A DNA stretch of 13,069 bases from Pseudomonadota bacterium (GCA_041178085.1 JBEGVZ010000064.1:1-13069); one strand, 5' to 3'; shown: positions 1 through 8,483, counted from the first letter of the stretch. Made by a program: numbers and translations. Notes: generated by a model from the letters alone, not told the origin.

Positions 1-1146
1 AAAGTCGTCCCGTCAAATGACGACGCAGCCCTCGACCTTGTGATCGAATCCCAGACGACGGCAGACTCGGTCGGTTACAACCAGGCCACGCGTAACATCG
101 GTGTTAACGTGTCCTTTTCGACCTTCACCCGTGCCACCACCACAAAACGCATCTTCCTTACGGATCGTGGCATCCTTGTAACGCCGGCGCAGTCGTGGGC
201 CTCCACCAACTTGACCATCCACAACATCGACGTTTTCGCTGGCGGACTCTTCCAGCGTTTGAAGCGTCGCATGGCTGCCAACGCAGCATGGCGAAAGCTG
301 ATGCAAGAAAAGGCAAACCAGGAACGTCAGGTCTCGCAGCGGGTGGCGGATGAACTCAACGTGATGGCTGACGCCAAGGCGGGTGAAATCCTTGCGCCGG
401 CGAACGAGGCATTCAAGAAATACTTCATCAACGGATTTTACAAGAAGGGGCGGCTGCCAGGAGCCCTGGTGACGCAAACCACGAACGAAGGTCTCTTTGT
501 GAAAGTAATGGCCCCGGCGACCTCCGTATCCGTGCCGAATCCACGGCTCGATGAACCTGGACGCGGGGGCATTTCGGCCCACCTGCACGGGGCCGTCATC
601 AGCCGTATCGCCGAATCACTGCTGGCGGGGGTTGAATTCAAGTCGGGCGAAGTTGCTGAAATAGCCAACTTCATAAGCGGCAGCGGTAAGGTCGTACCAA
701 GGAACGATCAATTCTCAGTGAAATTCCGTGAAAACAACCCAGCTGAATTCACATTCGATGGCGGCACGATGATCATGCGCCTGTACATCACTGAGGTCAC
801 GCAAAAGGGTGGACATCCGGAAGCGGGCGGCATCATCGAAGCACGCTTTCCCATAGCACGCGACGACTTGCAGAGTCTGCGGCTACGCCGAGACGGAGAA
901 ATCGTGACCTTGCCGATGCCACCGGCGTCGCGACCATCATCGCTTCTGCAACGTGCGATCGACTACTACTTCAACAACGGCGGCAATGTCCTGGATCAGG
1001 CGATAAAAATCAGCGCGCTTCCCGGCCCTCTTGCAAAAGCGGGTGTGATCGAACTGAAGGACCTTTCCCTCAACCAGGGATGGTTCTTGCTGGAAACGAA
1101 CTTCAATCCTGCGACGACGCCCGTTAGCGGCAAGGGGGCACACTGA
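1..1146 (+). CDS. Hypothetical protein, 5'-truncated by the window edge
   Basis: The frame is open from base 1 (KVVPSNDDAALDLVIESQ...), so the GTG at 40 is probably internal. It ends at TGA 1144-1146, which overlaps the next ATG (TGATG). No catalytic motif was recognised. Confidence 0.8.
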   Translation, partial: KVVPSNDDAALDLVIESQTTADSVGYNQATRNIGVNVSFSTFTRATTTKRIFLTDRGILVTPAQSWASTNLTIHNIDVFAGGLFQRLKRRMAANAAWRKLMQEKANQERQVSQRVADELNVMADAKAGEILAPANEAFKKYFINGFYKKGRLPGALVTQTTNEGLFVKVMAPATSVSVPNPRLDEPGRGGISAHLHGAVISRIAESLLAGVEFKSGEVAEIANFISGSGKVVPRNDQFSVKFRENNPAEFTFDGGTMIMRLYITEVTQKGGHPEAGGIIEARFPIARDDLQSLRLRRDGEIVTLPMPPASRPSSLLQRAIDYYFNNGGNVLDQAIKISALPGPLAKAGVIELKDLSLNQGWFLLETNFNPATTPVSGKGAH

Positions 1147-2396
1147 TGAATACAAGCACTCAACTTCGCAAGTTCAGCAGGTTTGCCCCGGCTTTGTGTG
1201 CCATCGCAGCGGTAGCGGCCGTTCTTTCCGGTGGTTCCACCAGGGCCAGCCAGTATGCAAGTGACCCGGCAGGTAGCGACCGCATGCTCCTCGCGTTCAC
1301 GGGTAAGGGCACACTCATGGCCTGGGACGTCGGCGTGATCCGGGCCGCCTATGAGGCTTTACCTGCGATGCGGGACGGACGGGTCATCCTGTCCGGATCA
1401 AGCTCCGGCAGTATCCTTGCTGCCGCCATGTCTTGTCGCGGATTCAACGAAGAATCCCTTGCTGCCATCGAAGACGGATTCAGGAAGTTCAATCGTACGA
1501 TTGTCGACGAATCAGCCACCAAAAATCTGATGGTGCTCCTTGGCCTGCCGACAGAGGCGGAGCATTCATCGCTCGATCATTTGCTTGATGTTGTCCTGGA
1601 CGGGCAGAATTGCATTCCCAGGCTGCCAATGCTGATCCCGGCCGGAAACTTCGAAATGCTGGACGTGCGCTCCGACCAGCCCCTTCGTGGGCGCCCCGGC
1701 AAGACCTTCAACGTCGCCGACTTCACGGTGAGCGAAGGGGGGCGAAATCTTGGCAAGGCATGCACCTACTTTGTGGACCGCCAAATGTTGGCTTTTCTGC
1801 AGGCCGTGCCCAGGGAGGAGTTGCTCTGCGACCTGCGCCTCATCGAGACCAATGCTGACCTGCGCTTGGCGGTGTTGGCTTCAGTTTCCGAACCAACGTA
1901 TTTCCATCCGTTCAGGGATCCGGCCCCCGGAAAGATCATCCCGTCTGGTCCGGGCAATCCCCTCGCGCCTGTGAAGCGTTCTTACTGGGGCGGCGCGATC
2001 ATGGACGTCCCCGTGCACGACATCAAACGGGCACTTCCAGGCCTTTACACTTTCGCCACCGGGCGGGCGCCGTTCATGATGATGGTCGACAAGATCATGT
2101 CGCAGCTTAGCCTGATCGAGATCACGCCCCTTGCCGAGCGCAACAAGTGGTGGCTTGATCTTGAGGTAACCATGACTGCGGAGATGGGCGTTCACCTGGA
2201 ACAGCCGCAATTCGACTTCCCGGAACAAATTGCCGCTGGCTATGAGCAAGCAAAAAAATGTCTGGCGTCGGACAGCTGCCTGCCCGCAGAAGCCATAAAG
2301 CCTGAAAATACAACGTCGCCGGCTAACCACCCGAGTGGTATCACCGGCGACCTTTCTTCCTTTACAAGGCGAGGGCTGGGCGGACTTGCAAACTGA
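1146..2396 (+). CDS. Secreted patatin-like phospholipase-fold protein with non-canonical motifs
   Basis: Signal-peptide-like N-terminus (RKFSRFAPALCAIAAVAAVLSGGSTRA). Patatin motifs occur in order: LAFTGKGTLMAWDVGVIRA (cf. LSGGGxxGxxxxGVLxAL), GSSSG elbow (1395-1409), AVLASVSEPTYF (cf. ASxAxPxxF) and YWGGAIMDVP (cf. YxDGGxxDNxP). Confidence 0.75.
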   Translation: MNTSTQLRKFSRFAPALCAIAAVAAVLSGGSTRASQYASDPAGSDRMLLAFTGKGTLMAWDVGVIRAAYEALPAMRDGRVILSGSSSGSILAAAMSCRGFNEESLAAIEDGFRKFNRTIVDESATKNLMVLLGLPTEAEHSSLDHLLDVVLDGQNCIPRLPMLIPAGNFEMLDVRSDQPLRGRPGKTFNVADFTVSEGGRNLGKACTYFVDRQMLAFLQAVPREELLCDLRLIETNADLRLAVLASVSEPTYFHPFRDPAPGKIIPSGPGNPLAPVKRSYWGGAIMDVPVHDIKRALPGLYTFATGRAPFMMMVDKIMSQLSLIEITPLAERNKWWLDLEVTMTAEMGVHLEQPQFDFPEQIAAGYEQAKKCLASDSCLPAEAIKPENTTSPANHPSGITGDLSSFTRRGLGGLAN

Positions 2397-2430
2397 TACT
2401 CAGCAGCCCGACGGGCCCAGACCTATTCCG

Positions 2431-4143
2431 TCAAGCTGCTGACCGTTTTCCCGCACTGTTAACGTTACCTCCGGTAACATGAGCCGGATCGCGCAGTTCC
2501 TTGCGCAGGATCTTGCCGACGTTGGACTTCGGCAGTTCCTTGCGGAACTCAAAATGCTTCGGACATTTGTACCCGGTCAAGTTTGCCTTGGCGAAGACTT
2601 TGAGCTCTTCTTCCGTCAGCGATGGATCCTTTTTGACCACAAAAAGTTTCACCACTTCACCCGAGTGATCGTCTGGCACGCCGATGGCGGCACATTCTGC
2701 GATCTTCGGATGGGTCACCATCACTTCTTCGACTTCGTTCGGGTAAACGTTGAAGCCAGAGACAAGGATCATGTCCTTCTTGCGGTCGACGATCTTCACA
2801 TAGCCATCCGCCGTCATGTAGCCAAGGTCGCCCGTTTTGAAGAAGCCATCTTTGGTCATGACTTTTGCGGTTTCATCAGGACGTCCCCAGTAACCGCGCA
2901 TGACCTGCGGGCCACGGATACAGATCTCGCCCACTTCGCCGTACTTGCAGTCTTTGTTGTCGTCCGTGCGAATGGCGATCTCTGTCGACGGGATCGGCAC
3001 TCCGATATAACCGTTGAACTCGCGGTTGGTCATCGGATTGACGCAAGCTGCAGGAGACGTTTCGGTGAGTCCATAAGCTTCGATGATCGGGCACTTGGTG
3101 ACGTTGACCCAGCGCTCAGCCACAGGCTTCTGCACTGCCATCCCGCCACCCATGGTCAACCGCAAAGCGCTGAAGTCGACCGTCTTGAAATTCTCGTCAT
3201 TGAGCAGCAAGTTGAACAAGCTGTTCACGCCGGTGATCGCAGTGAATTTCCACTTCTTCAATTCTTTCACAAAAGTCGGCACGTCACGCGGATTGGTGAT
3301 GAGGACATTCAGGCCACCAAGGGACGAAAAGATCAGGAAGTTCGCCGTCAGCGAGAAGATATGATAGAGCGGCAGCGGCGTGATGATGATCTCTTCACCC
3401 GGACGAAGTTGGCCCTTGATCCAGGTATGCGCCTGCATCATGTTGGCAACGATGTTTCCATGGGTCAGTTCTGCGCCTTTTGACACACCGGTCGTACCAC
3501 CCGTGTATTGAAGGAAGGCAAGGTCCGTGTGGCCAAGCTTCGGTACTTTCAAGCGTGATGCGTTACCAGCACTGAGGGCGGCTTTGAAGGTAACTGTTCC
3601 GTCCAGCTTCCACTCCGGCACCATCTTCTTCACTTTCTTGACGACAAAATTAACGATGGCGCTCTTCGGAAACCTCAGCATGTCACCGATCTGGGTCGTG
3701 ATCACATGCTTCACTGAAGTATTCATGACGACTTTCTCAAGGGTCGCCATTGCATTTTCGAAAATCACGACGGCTTTTGCGCCGGAGTCCTTGAGCTGGT
3801 GTTCAAGTTCCCTGGGCGTGTAGAGCGGGTTGCAGTTGACCACGACGCAGCCGGCTGTGAGGGCGCCGACGATCGCAACAGGATATTGCAGGATGTTTGG
3901 CATCATGATCGCCACGCGATCACCGCGTTGCATCTTGAGGTCGTTTTGCAGGTAGTCAGCAAACTTCATGCTGAGTTCACGCAGTTCACCGTAGGTGATG
4001 GTTGCTCCCATATTGGTGAAGGCGGGAAGCGATTCGTAACTACGGAAGGATTCATCGAAAATCTGCAGGATCGAACTGTAACGGTTCGGATCGATCGACT
4101 CGGGCACACCAGCTTCGTAATGTTTCAGCCATGGCTTGTTCAT
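2431..4143 (-). CDS. fadD: Long-chain-fatty-acid--CoA ligase
   Basis: AMP-binding motif LQYTGGTTGVSKGA, plus YGLTETSP, GPQVMRGYW, FKTGDLG, VDRKKDMILVSGFNVYPNEVE and LPKSNVGKILR. The N-terminus KPWLKHYEAGVP is FadD-like. SD GAAGGAG at 4160-4154. Confidence 0.95.
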   Translation of the reverse strand: MNKPWLKHYEAGVPESIDPNRYSSILQIFDESFRSYESLPAFTNMGATITYGELRELSMKFADYLQNDLKMQRGDRVAIMMPNILQYPVAIVGALTAGCVVVNCNPLYTPRELEHQLKDSGAKAVVIFENAMATLEKVVMNTSVKHVITTQIGDMLRFPKSAIVNFVVKKVKKMVPEWKLDGTVTFKAALSAGNASRLKVPKLGHTDLAFLQYTGGTTGVSKGAELTHGNIVANMMQAHTWIKGQLRPGEEIIITPLPLYHIFSLTANFLIFSSLGGLNVLITNPRDVPTFVKELKKWKFTAITGVNSLFNLLLNDENFKTVDFSALRLTMGGGMAVQKPVAERWVNVTKCPIIEAYGLTETSPAACVNPMTNREFNGYIGVPIPSTEIAIRTDDNKDCKYGEVGEICIRGPQVMRGYWGRPDETAKVMTKDGFFKTGDLGYMTADGYVKIVDRKKDMILVSGFNVYPNEVEEVMVTHPKIAECAAIGVPDDHSGEVVKLFVVKKDPSLTEEELKVFAKANLTGYKCPKHFEFRKELPKSNVGKILRKELRDPAHVTGGNVNSAGKRSAA

Positions 4144-4153
4144 GGGGACAAGT

Positions 4154-4186
4154 CTCCTTCCGGCACCAGCGCCGGTTTAGAAGGAG
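4154..4186 (-). promoter_or_regulatory. fadD 5'-leader hairpin that pairs with the Shine-Dalgarno sequence
   Basis: mRNA reads CTCCTTC-taaac-CGGC-gctggt-GCCG-GAAGGAG. A 7-bp anti-SD/SD stem encloses a 4-bp inner stem. Confidence 0.5.
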
Positions 4187-4200
4187 TCGGACAACCACAG

Positions 4201-4233
4201 GAAAAGTTTAACAAATATTGCGTTATTGCCCAA
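4201..4233 (-). promoter_or_regulatory. Putative sigma70-type promoter of fadD (extended -10)
   Basis: Minus strand TTGGGC (4233-4228), 17-bp spacer, then TAAACT (4210-4205) preceded by TGn, in an AT-rich intergenic tract. Confidence 0.55.
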
Positions 4234-4262
4234 AAGTTGGGGCGCTAACCCACGAAAATCCC

Positions 4263-4296
4263 AAAAGAAAAAGGCGCGGGGTCGGACCGCGCCTTT
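4263..4296 (-). terminator. Rho-independent terminator after the lipoprotein hydrolase gene
   Basis: Minus strand AAAGGCGCGG-TCCGACC-CCGCGCCTTT followed by TTCTTTT: a perfect 10-bp inverted repeat (4270-4279/4287-4296) with a U-tract, about 50 nt after the stop at 4349. Confidence 0.85.
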
Positions 4297-4348
4297 CCTT
4301 GAACCATCCATGGTTCATTTTACGCCACCTTCATGTGGCGCAATTCGA

Positions 4349-6037
4349 TCAGAACGAGCAACCGTAGTTGGAGTCAGCCAACCAAGACGTCAGCGTATCA
4401 GAAACTGTTGCATTTAGCTGACCGGTTGAGTTCAGAAATCCACCGGAACCTGCGCTATCGAGCGCCGCACTGGCAGCCGTAATGGACGCAGTTGCGACGT
4501 AGTTGCTTGGGTAGGTCCCAGCTGCAGCGTAGTATGCCGAGTCAAAGTGTCCGCCGCCCGTGAAAATCCTCGACGTAACATTCACACCAGGCATCGTCGA
4601 CGTACCAGTAAGAGATCCAGTCTTGTACCCAACCTGCGTTGCTGTCATTCCAGCAAGGACGTTATAGGAAAGCTGGGTATCTGATACAGGCACCGTGGCG
4701 TCCGCATCGCCATGCATCCACAGCACGCGGCCCCTTTTCGATTGGAATCGGGAATCTTGTGTGGAGCCTGCATAGGTCTTCCAGTTTTGCAACGCTGCTG
4801 CAATCAGCGGAGACGTCAAAGTAACGTCGCGCTGCACCGCACGCATCTTCGCTACATCAGCCGTGACTTCGCCTGCGATATAATCATTAAACAGGTCCTT
4901 CAATTTGCGAATCCCGGGCAGATTGACGAATGCGGAGTTCTCGATTGTCCCCTTCACCAACAGTTCGAAGTAAATACGCGCCTTACCGACCGTTGGGCCA
5001 ACTGGACCGGCAAGGTTAACAGCACAGCCAAAAAACGAAGGGTTTCCATAGGCGGTGCCAAGTGCACCGGTTGCTGCTCCTGCCGCCAAGTGGGCTCCCA
5101 TGCGCCCCGCCGCCACCATGGAGACTAAACCACCGCGCGAAGCGCCCGCCAAAACGGCATGCGGTGCCGTTGAAAGTGGGTTAGAGCCCCCATACGGCTT
5201 GATCCGCGTACGATAGTTGCTGGCCGCAGAGAGATTATAAGGAGCAGCATTATTTCCGGCATAAGCACGGAACACGCAGTCATACATCCCCAGAAGATCA
5301 TCCGCATCGTTATCGTAAGGGACTGCGGTCCCGACACCATCCGCAAGGTTACCGGATGCATCGCAAGCCTTGCTATCACCTGTCTTGGCGTTACAGACCG
5401 CCTCTGACGGGAATGCTGGCGCAACGATAACGTTGCTGGCTTGGAGTGCGCCAAAGTTCGCAGCGATCTCATCATAGGACAGACCAGAATCGCCACCGTG
5501 CCCGTATGCGATCAGGCGAGCATTCTGGGTACCGGCATCCGGTACCACAAACAGACCCGCGCGCGTAATATCCTCTGCAGTCCCGGCGCTATCCGTCTGA
5601 AGCTTGTACTTCATGAGGTAAACCTTGGCTGCGACCGCTGCGCCACTTGCATCGTAGGCAGCCTTCCATTCCGTGACAGAATCGATTGCCGCACACCTTG
5701 CCTTGTTGGCCGTTGCTGCATATTGCGTCGTCAAGGTCGTCATCAGCCCTGGTAAGGCGGCCGCGTTGGTGCCCAAGTAGGTCGAAACGGTAGCCAGCTG
5801 AGCCGTCAGTTCCGCCGCCGTCGCTGCCTTGTTGTTACCAATTCCGAGCGCAGTGGCCATCTCATCCCATTTAGCCTGGCGTGCCTTGACCGTCTCGTCC
5901 GAGACGTCGTCCGTCGTGAGGTCGCCGACTGCCTTTGGGATATTGTCGTTCGAAACAGCAGAGCCGCAGCTCTGGTTCAAAGCCACCATCAGTGCAATGA
6001 CACCAAGGCGGCAGAAGGATCCTTTATTCAATTTCAT
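4349..6037 (-). CDS. Predicted lipoprotein alpha/beta-hydrolase (esterase/lipase or S9-peptidase-like)
   Basis: Lipoprotein-like signal (MKLNKGSFCRLGVIALMVALNQS-C). Oxyanion-type YGHGG, nucleophile elbow GASRG (Ser codon 5138-5140), WMHGDADATVP (Asp) and GGGHF (His) occur in canonical Ser-Asp-His order. SD GAGGT at 6049-6045. Confidence 0.8.
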   Translation of the reverse strand: MKLNKGSFCRLGVIALMVALNQSCGSAVSNDNIPKAVGDLTTDDVSDETVKARQAKWDEMATALGIGNNKAATAAELTAQLATVSTYLGTNAAALPGLMTTLTTQYAATANKARCAAIDSVTEWKAAYDASGAAVAAKVYLMKYKLQTDSAGTAEDITRAGLFVVPDAGTQNARLIAYGHGGDSGLSYDEIAANFGALQASNVIVAPAFPSEAVCNAKTGDSKACDASGNLADGVGTAVPYDNDADDLLGMYDCVFRAYAGNNAAPYNLSAASNYRTRIKPYGGSNPLSTAPHAVLAGASRGGLVSMVAAGRMGAHLAAGAATGALGTAYGNPSFFGCAVNLAGPVGPTVGKARIYFELLVKGTIENSAFVNLPGIRKLKDLFNDYIAGEVTADVAKMRAVQRDVTLTSPLIAAALQNWKTYAGSTQDSRFQSKRGRVLWMHGDADATVPVSDTQLSYNVLAGMTATQVGYKTGSLTGTSTMPGVNVTSRIFTGGGHFDSAYYAAAGTYPSNYVATASITAASAALDSAGSGGFLNSTGQLNATVSDTLTSWLADSNYGCSF

Positions 6038-6089
6038 TTTCGCTACCTCGTATTTGAGATTACGTGTTTTGCCAATCCGCCCTGCAGCC

Positions 6090-7415
6090 TCAGAACTTGT
6101 AGTACAGCTCGGTGATCACCGTGTTACGCAAGGGAGCAACCGCTTTGTTGGCACCCTTGACCGGCATATCGAGGTCCCACGTCAAGCGAACCGGGATGCG
6201 ATTTTCCATCTGGAAGCCGTCAAACACCAGTCCAAGGCCAAGCGTATGCAGCTGGCTGCGTTCAGTTGCGCCACGGAAGCCGTTTGAAGCTGCGTCCTCG
6301 CGCTCTTCCACCTGAACGGACGTGTCGAAGTCATAGCCATAACGAAGCTTGCCACCGACTGGAGCGAGAGCAGGAGTGAACTGCCCGAAGCTGGTCTTCA
6401 CGTCGAAGAAGCCGACGTTACGTACACCGGGGCGCTTGAAGGTATTCGAGTTTGCGTAACCATCTGCAAAGCTGCCAGCAGCGGCTTCGTCCTGAACGTC
6501 GTCCATCTGCGTATTGTCCAGCAACTTGGAACGCTTGATCTTGCCTTTGCCGACTGCGTAGTCGATCGTGTGTTGCCAGCCAGCGATATAATTGTCACTG
6601 AACTTGTAGTCGAAGTGCGAACGAAGACCCAGCTCCATGATGCCGCGACCCGTTGCACGTTGCGAAAGGGTCACGTCTTCATACTTGCCAGTCGGTGCGT
6701 GCAGAACAAGCGCTACTGCATGGCCCATGGTGTCACCTTTGAGCCAACGATATTTGACACCGATATCCATGTCACCGAGTCCAGTTGTCCCGGCCTCAGG
6801 CTTGGCGGCGTTGGCAAGCAAGCTGTGAACTGCTTGATTCAGAGGAACGCCAGCTTTCAGGCTCGCCGGTTCACCTGACGTGAGTTGCACGTTCAGATCG
6901 TAAGGGAAGGCATATCCAGAATCGATAAGTGCCCAGCACTGAGCCTGGTCGCTACAAACACCCAAGCCGATCATCAAATTGCTTGCGGCAACGTAAAAGT
7001 TACGCTTGCTGAGTTGGTAACCACGCTGGTTCTTGAAGTTGTCGGCGTTCATGCCAAGGTTGTTCCTGATCACAAACGGCGCAAACACACCAACGCTCAG
7101 GTTGTCACTGAAGCCGTACTCAACTGCAAGGCCGCTCGCCAGGACATTCGCAGAAAGGCCACCGTCCACCTTTTTCCCGTCGATGTCGTAAGCAGCGCCT
7201 TTCGACGTCGCTGACACAAATGGGATCCTCGCCCGCACAACTTTCTCTGGCAAAGTCGAGGACTCTGGTGACATCGCATAGTGCGCCGGGCGATCACCCG
7301 CAGCCGGGGCAGCAGCTTCCTGCGCCATGACCGGAGCAGAAATCACCGAGCCGGTAAGGCCAGCTGCTGCAAGGTTTCGCAACCATGAATGGGGACGCTT
7401 GCCATAATTAGCCAT
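6090..7415 (-). CDS. Outer-membrane beta-barrel, COG4313 (MetA-pathway of phenol degradation / SphA-like transporter) type
   Basis: Start moved to ATG 7415 because SD GAGGA lies at 7425-7421. Signal peptide ends VMA|QE. Motifs include VEYGFSDNLSVGVFAPF, GLGDMDIGVKYRW and LHAPTGKY, with alternating beta-strands and a C-terminal beta-signal ELYYKF. Confidence 0.75.
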   Translation of the reverse strand: MANYGKRPHSWLRNLAAAGLTGSVISAPVMAQEAAAPAAGDRPAHYAMSPESSTLPEKVVRARIPFVSATSKGAAYDIDGKKVDGGLSANVLASGLAVEYGFSDNLSVGVFAPFVIRNNLGMNADNFKNQRGYQLSKRNFYVAASNLMIGLGVCSDQAQCWALIDSGYAFPYDLNVQLTSGEPASLKAGVPLNQAVHSLLANAAKPEAGTTGLGDMDIGVKYRWLKGDTMGHAVALVLHAPTGKYEDVTLSQRATGRGIMELGLRSHFDYKFSDNYIAGWQHTIDYAVGKGKIKRSKLLDNTQMDDVQDEAAAGSFADGYANSNTFKRPGVRNVGFFDVKTSFGQFTPALAPVGGKLRYGYDFDTSVQVEEREDAASNGFRGATERSQLHTLGLGLVFDGFQMENRIPVRLTWDLDMPVKGANKAVAPLRNTVITELYYKF

Positions 7416-7468
7416 AAGGTTCCTCGCAACTCGTTTGGAAAAGGCAGACATGATTGAAAATGACTAAT

Positions 7469-7502
7469 GAAAAGTTTAGCAGGGTTTAAAAAAAATTTGC
7501 AA
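7469..7502 (-). promoter_or_regulatory. Putative sigma70-type promoter of the barrel-hydrolase operon
   Basis: Minus strand TTGCAA (7502-7497), 18-bp spacer containing a T8 tract, then TAAACT (7478-7473) preceded by TGn. Confidence 0.65.
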
Positions 7503-7607
7503 TGTTGGGGGGATACGGGATTCGGGGATTCATCGGACGGACCCCCGAATGCCCAGATGGGTGGCATATTTTAGCCCTGAATCAACGGAGAAAACTGTGA
7601 CGTTTTG

Positions 7608-8483
7608 TCAGGTTTCCAAATCCGTTCTGGACGCTCCTCGCCGGGTCGATGTCTTGGATTTGCCAAGCTTGGGGCGTGCCCTGCCCTCCGGGGCGCGAAG
7701 CATTGCCGCCAGCGCTTTGAATTCCTGCGAAAGCTTGTGATTGGGCTTGTAGTAAACCAGCGGCACGCGCGCGGCGTGACTTTCTCGCATGACTACCGAG
7801 GGCGACAGATAAGGCTCAAGAAGAGGGAAACCTAGCTTGCCGATCGACTCGATTGCAGCCTTGTGATGGTTTGCCTGGGCTTGAAAGTGATTGATGATAA
7901 TACCTTCGATTGCCAGGTCCGGGCGGTGATCCATTGCGACTTCCTGGACGATCTCTGCAACGTGCCGGACAGCCGAAGCGCTAAAAGCATCACAGTCAAA
8001 TGGCACCAGGACTCGGTCAGAGGCCATCAGGGCACTCATGCTGTAAAAGTTCAGGGCAGGCGGCGTGTCAATGAAGACAGCGTCAAATTTGTGCTGGGCA
8101 ATCAGCTCATCAAGGGCCTGGGACAACTTGAAGATCTTGTAGCGGGCTTCGAGTTTTGGTTGAAGCTCCCCTAAACGGGCATCGGCAGGAATCACCCACA
8201 GGTTTTTAAAGTCGGAACGGTAAAGACAGTCGGCCAGAGATTGCCCGAAAAGCTTGAGAGTACTGACCGTAGACTCGAAGAAATCAGTCACCGTCTTTCC
8301 GCCAATCGCACCCTCGCAAAGCAAGTAGTGGCTGGTATTGCCCTGGGCGTCCAGATCGACAACCAGGGTTTTCAGCCCAGCGGCGGCGAATGCAGCAGCA
8401 AGGTTGCAAGTGATGGACGTCTTGCCGACGCCCCCCTTCTGATTGAAAACGACTCTGCGGATACACTGGGACTTGGACGCCAT
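7608..8483 (-). CDS. parA: Orphan ParA/Soj-family ATPase
   Basis: Deviant Walker A NQKGGVGKT, VDLDAQGN and Walker B FIDTPP. Start preferred at ATG 8483 (SD-like AGGGG 8495-8491) over 8510. No parB is adjacent. Confidence 0.9.
   Translation of the reverse strand: MASKSQCIRRVVFNQKGGVGKTSITCNLAAAFAAAGLKTLVVDLDAQGNTSHYLLCEGAIGGKTVTDFFESTVSTLKLFGQSLADCLYRSDFKNLWVIPADARLGELQPKLEARYKIFKLSQALDELIAQHKFDAVFIDTPPALNFYSMSALMASDRVLVPFDCDAFSASAVRHVAEIVQEVAMDHRPDLAIEGIIINHFQAQANHHKAAIESIGKLGFPLLEPYLSPSVVMRESHAARVPLVYYKPNHKLSQEFKALAAMLRAPEGRARPKLGKSKTSTRRGASRTDLET

Noticed and set aside
13..588. 191-aa minus-strand ORF
   Set aside because: It is antisense to the longer plus-strand ORF that is coupled to the patatin-like gene.
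2397..2430. Small GCCC-GAC-GGGC hairpin between the convergent patatin-like and fadD genes
   Set aside because: Only a 4-bp stem with no U-tract, which is expected by chance.
2479..3483. 334-aa plus-strand ORF
   Set aside because: It lies wholly antisense to the strongly supported fadD and has no recognisable motifs, so it is a typical antisense shadow ORF.
4349..6037. Impression of more A/T-ending codons in the hydrolase gene (possible horizontal acquisition)
   Set aside because: Not quantified, and no flanking repeats or mobility genes are present. A GC3/codon-usage comparison is needed.
7416..7451. Upstream ATG for the barrel gene
   Set aside because: The SD GAGGA sits inside this extension, just before ATG 7415.
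7517..7554. Inverted repeat ATTCGGGG/CCCCGAAT downstream of parA
   Set aside because: It has a 15-nt loop and no U-tract, so it cannot be called an intrinsic terminator. It may still be a pause or stabilising hairpin.
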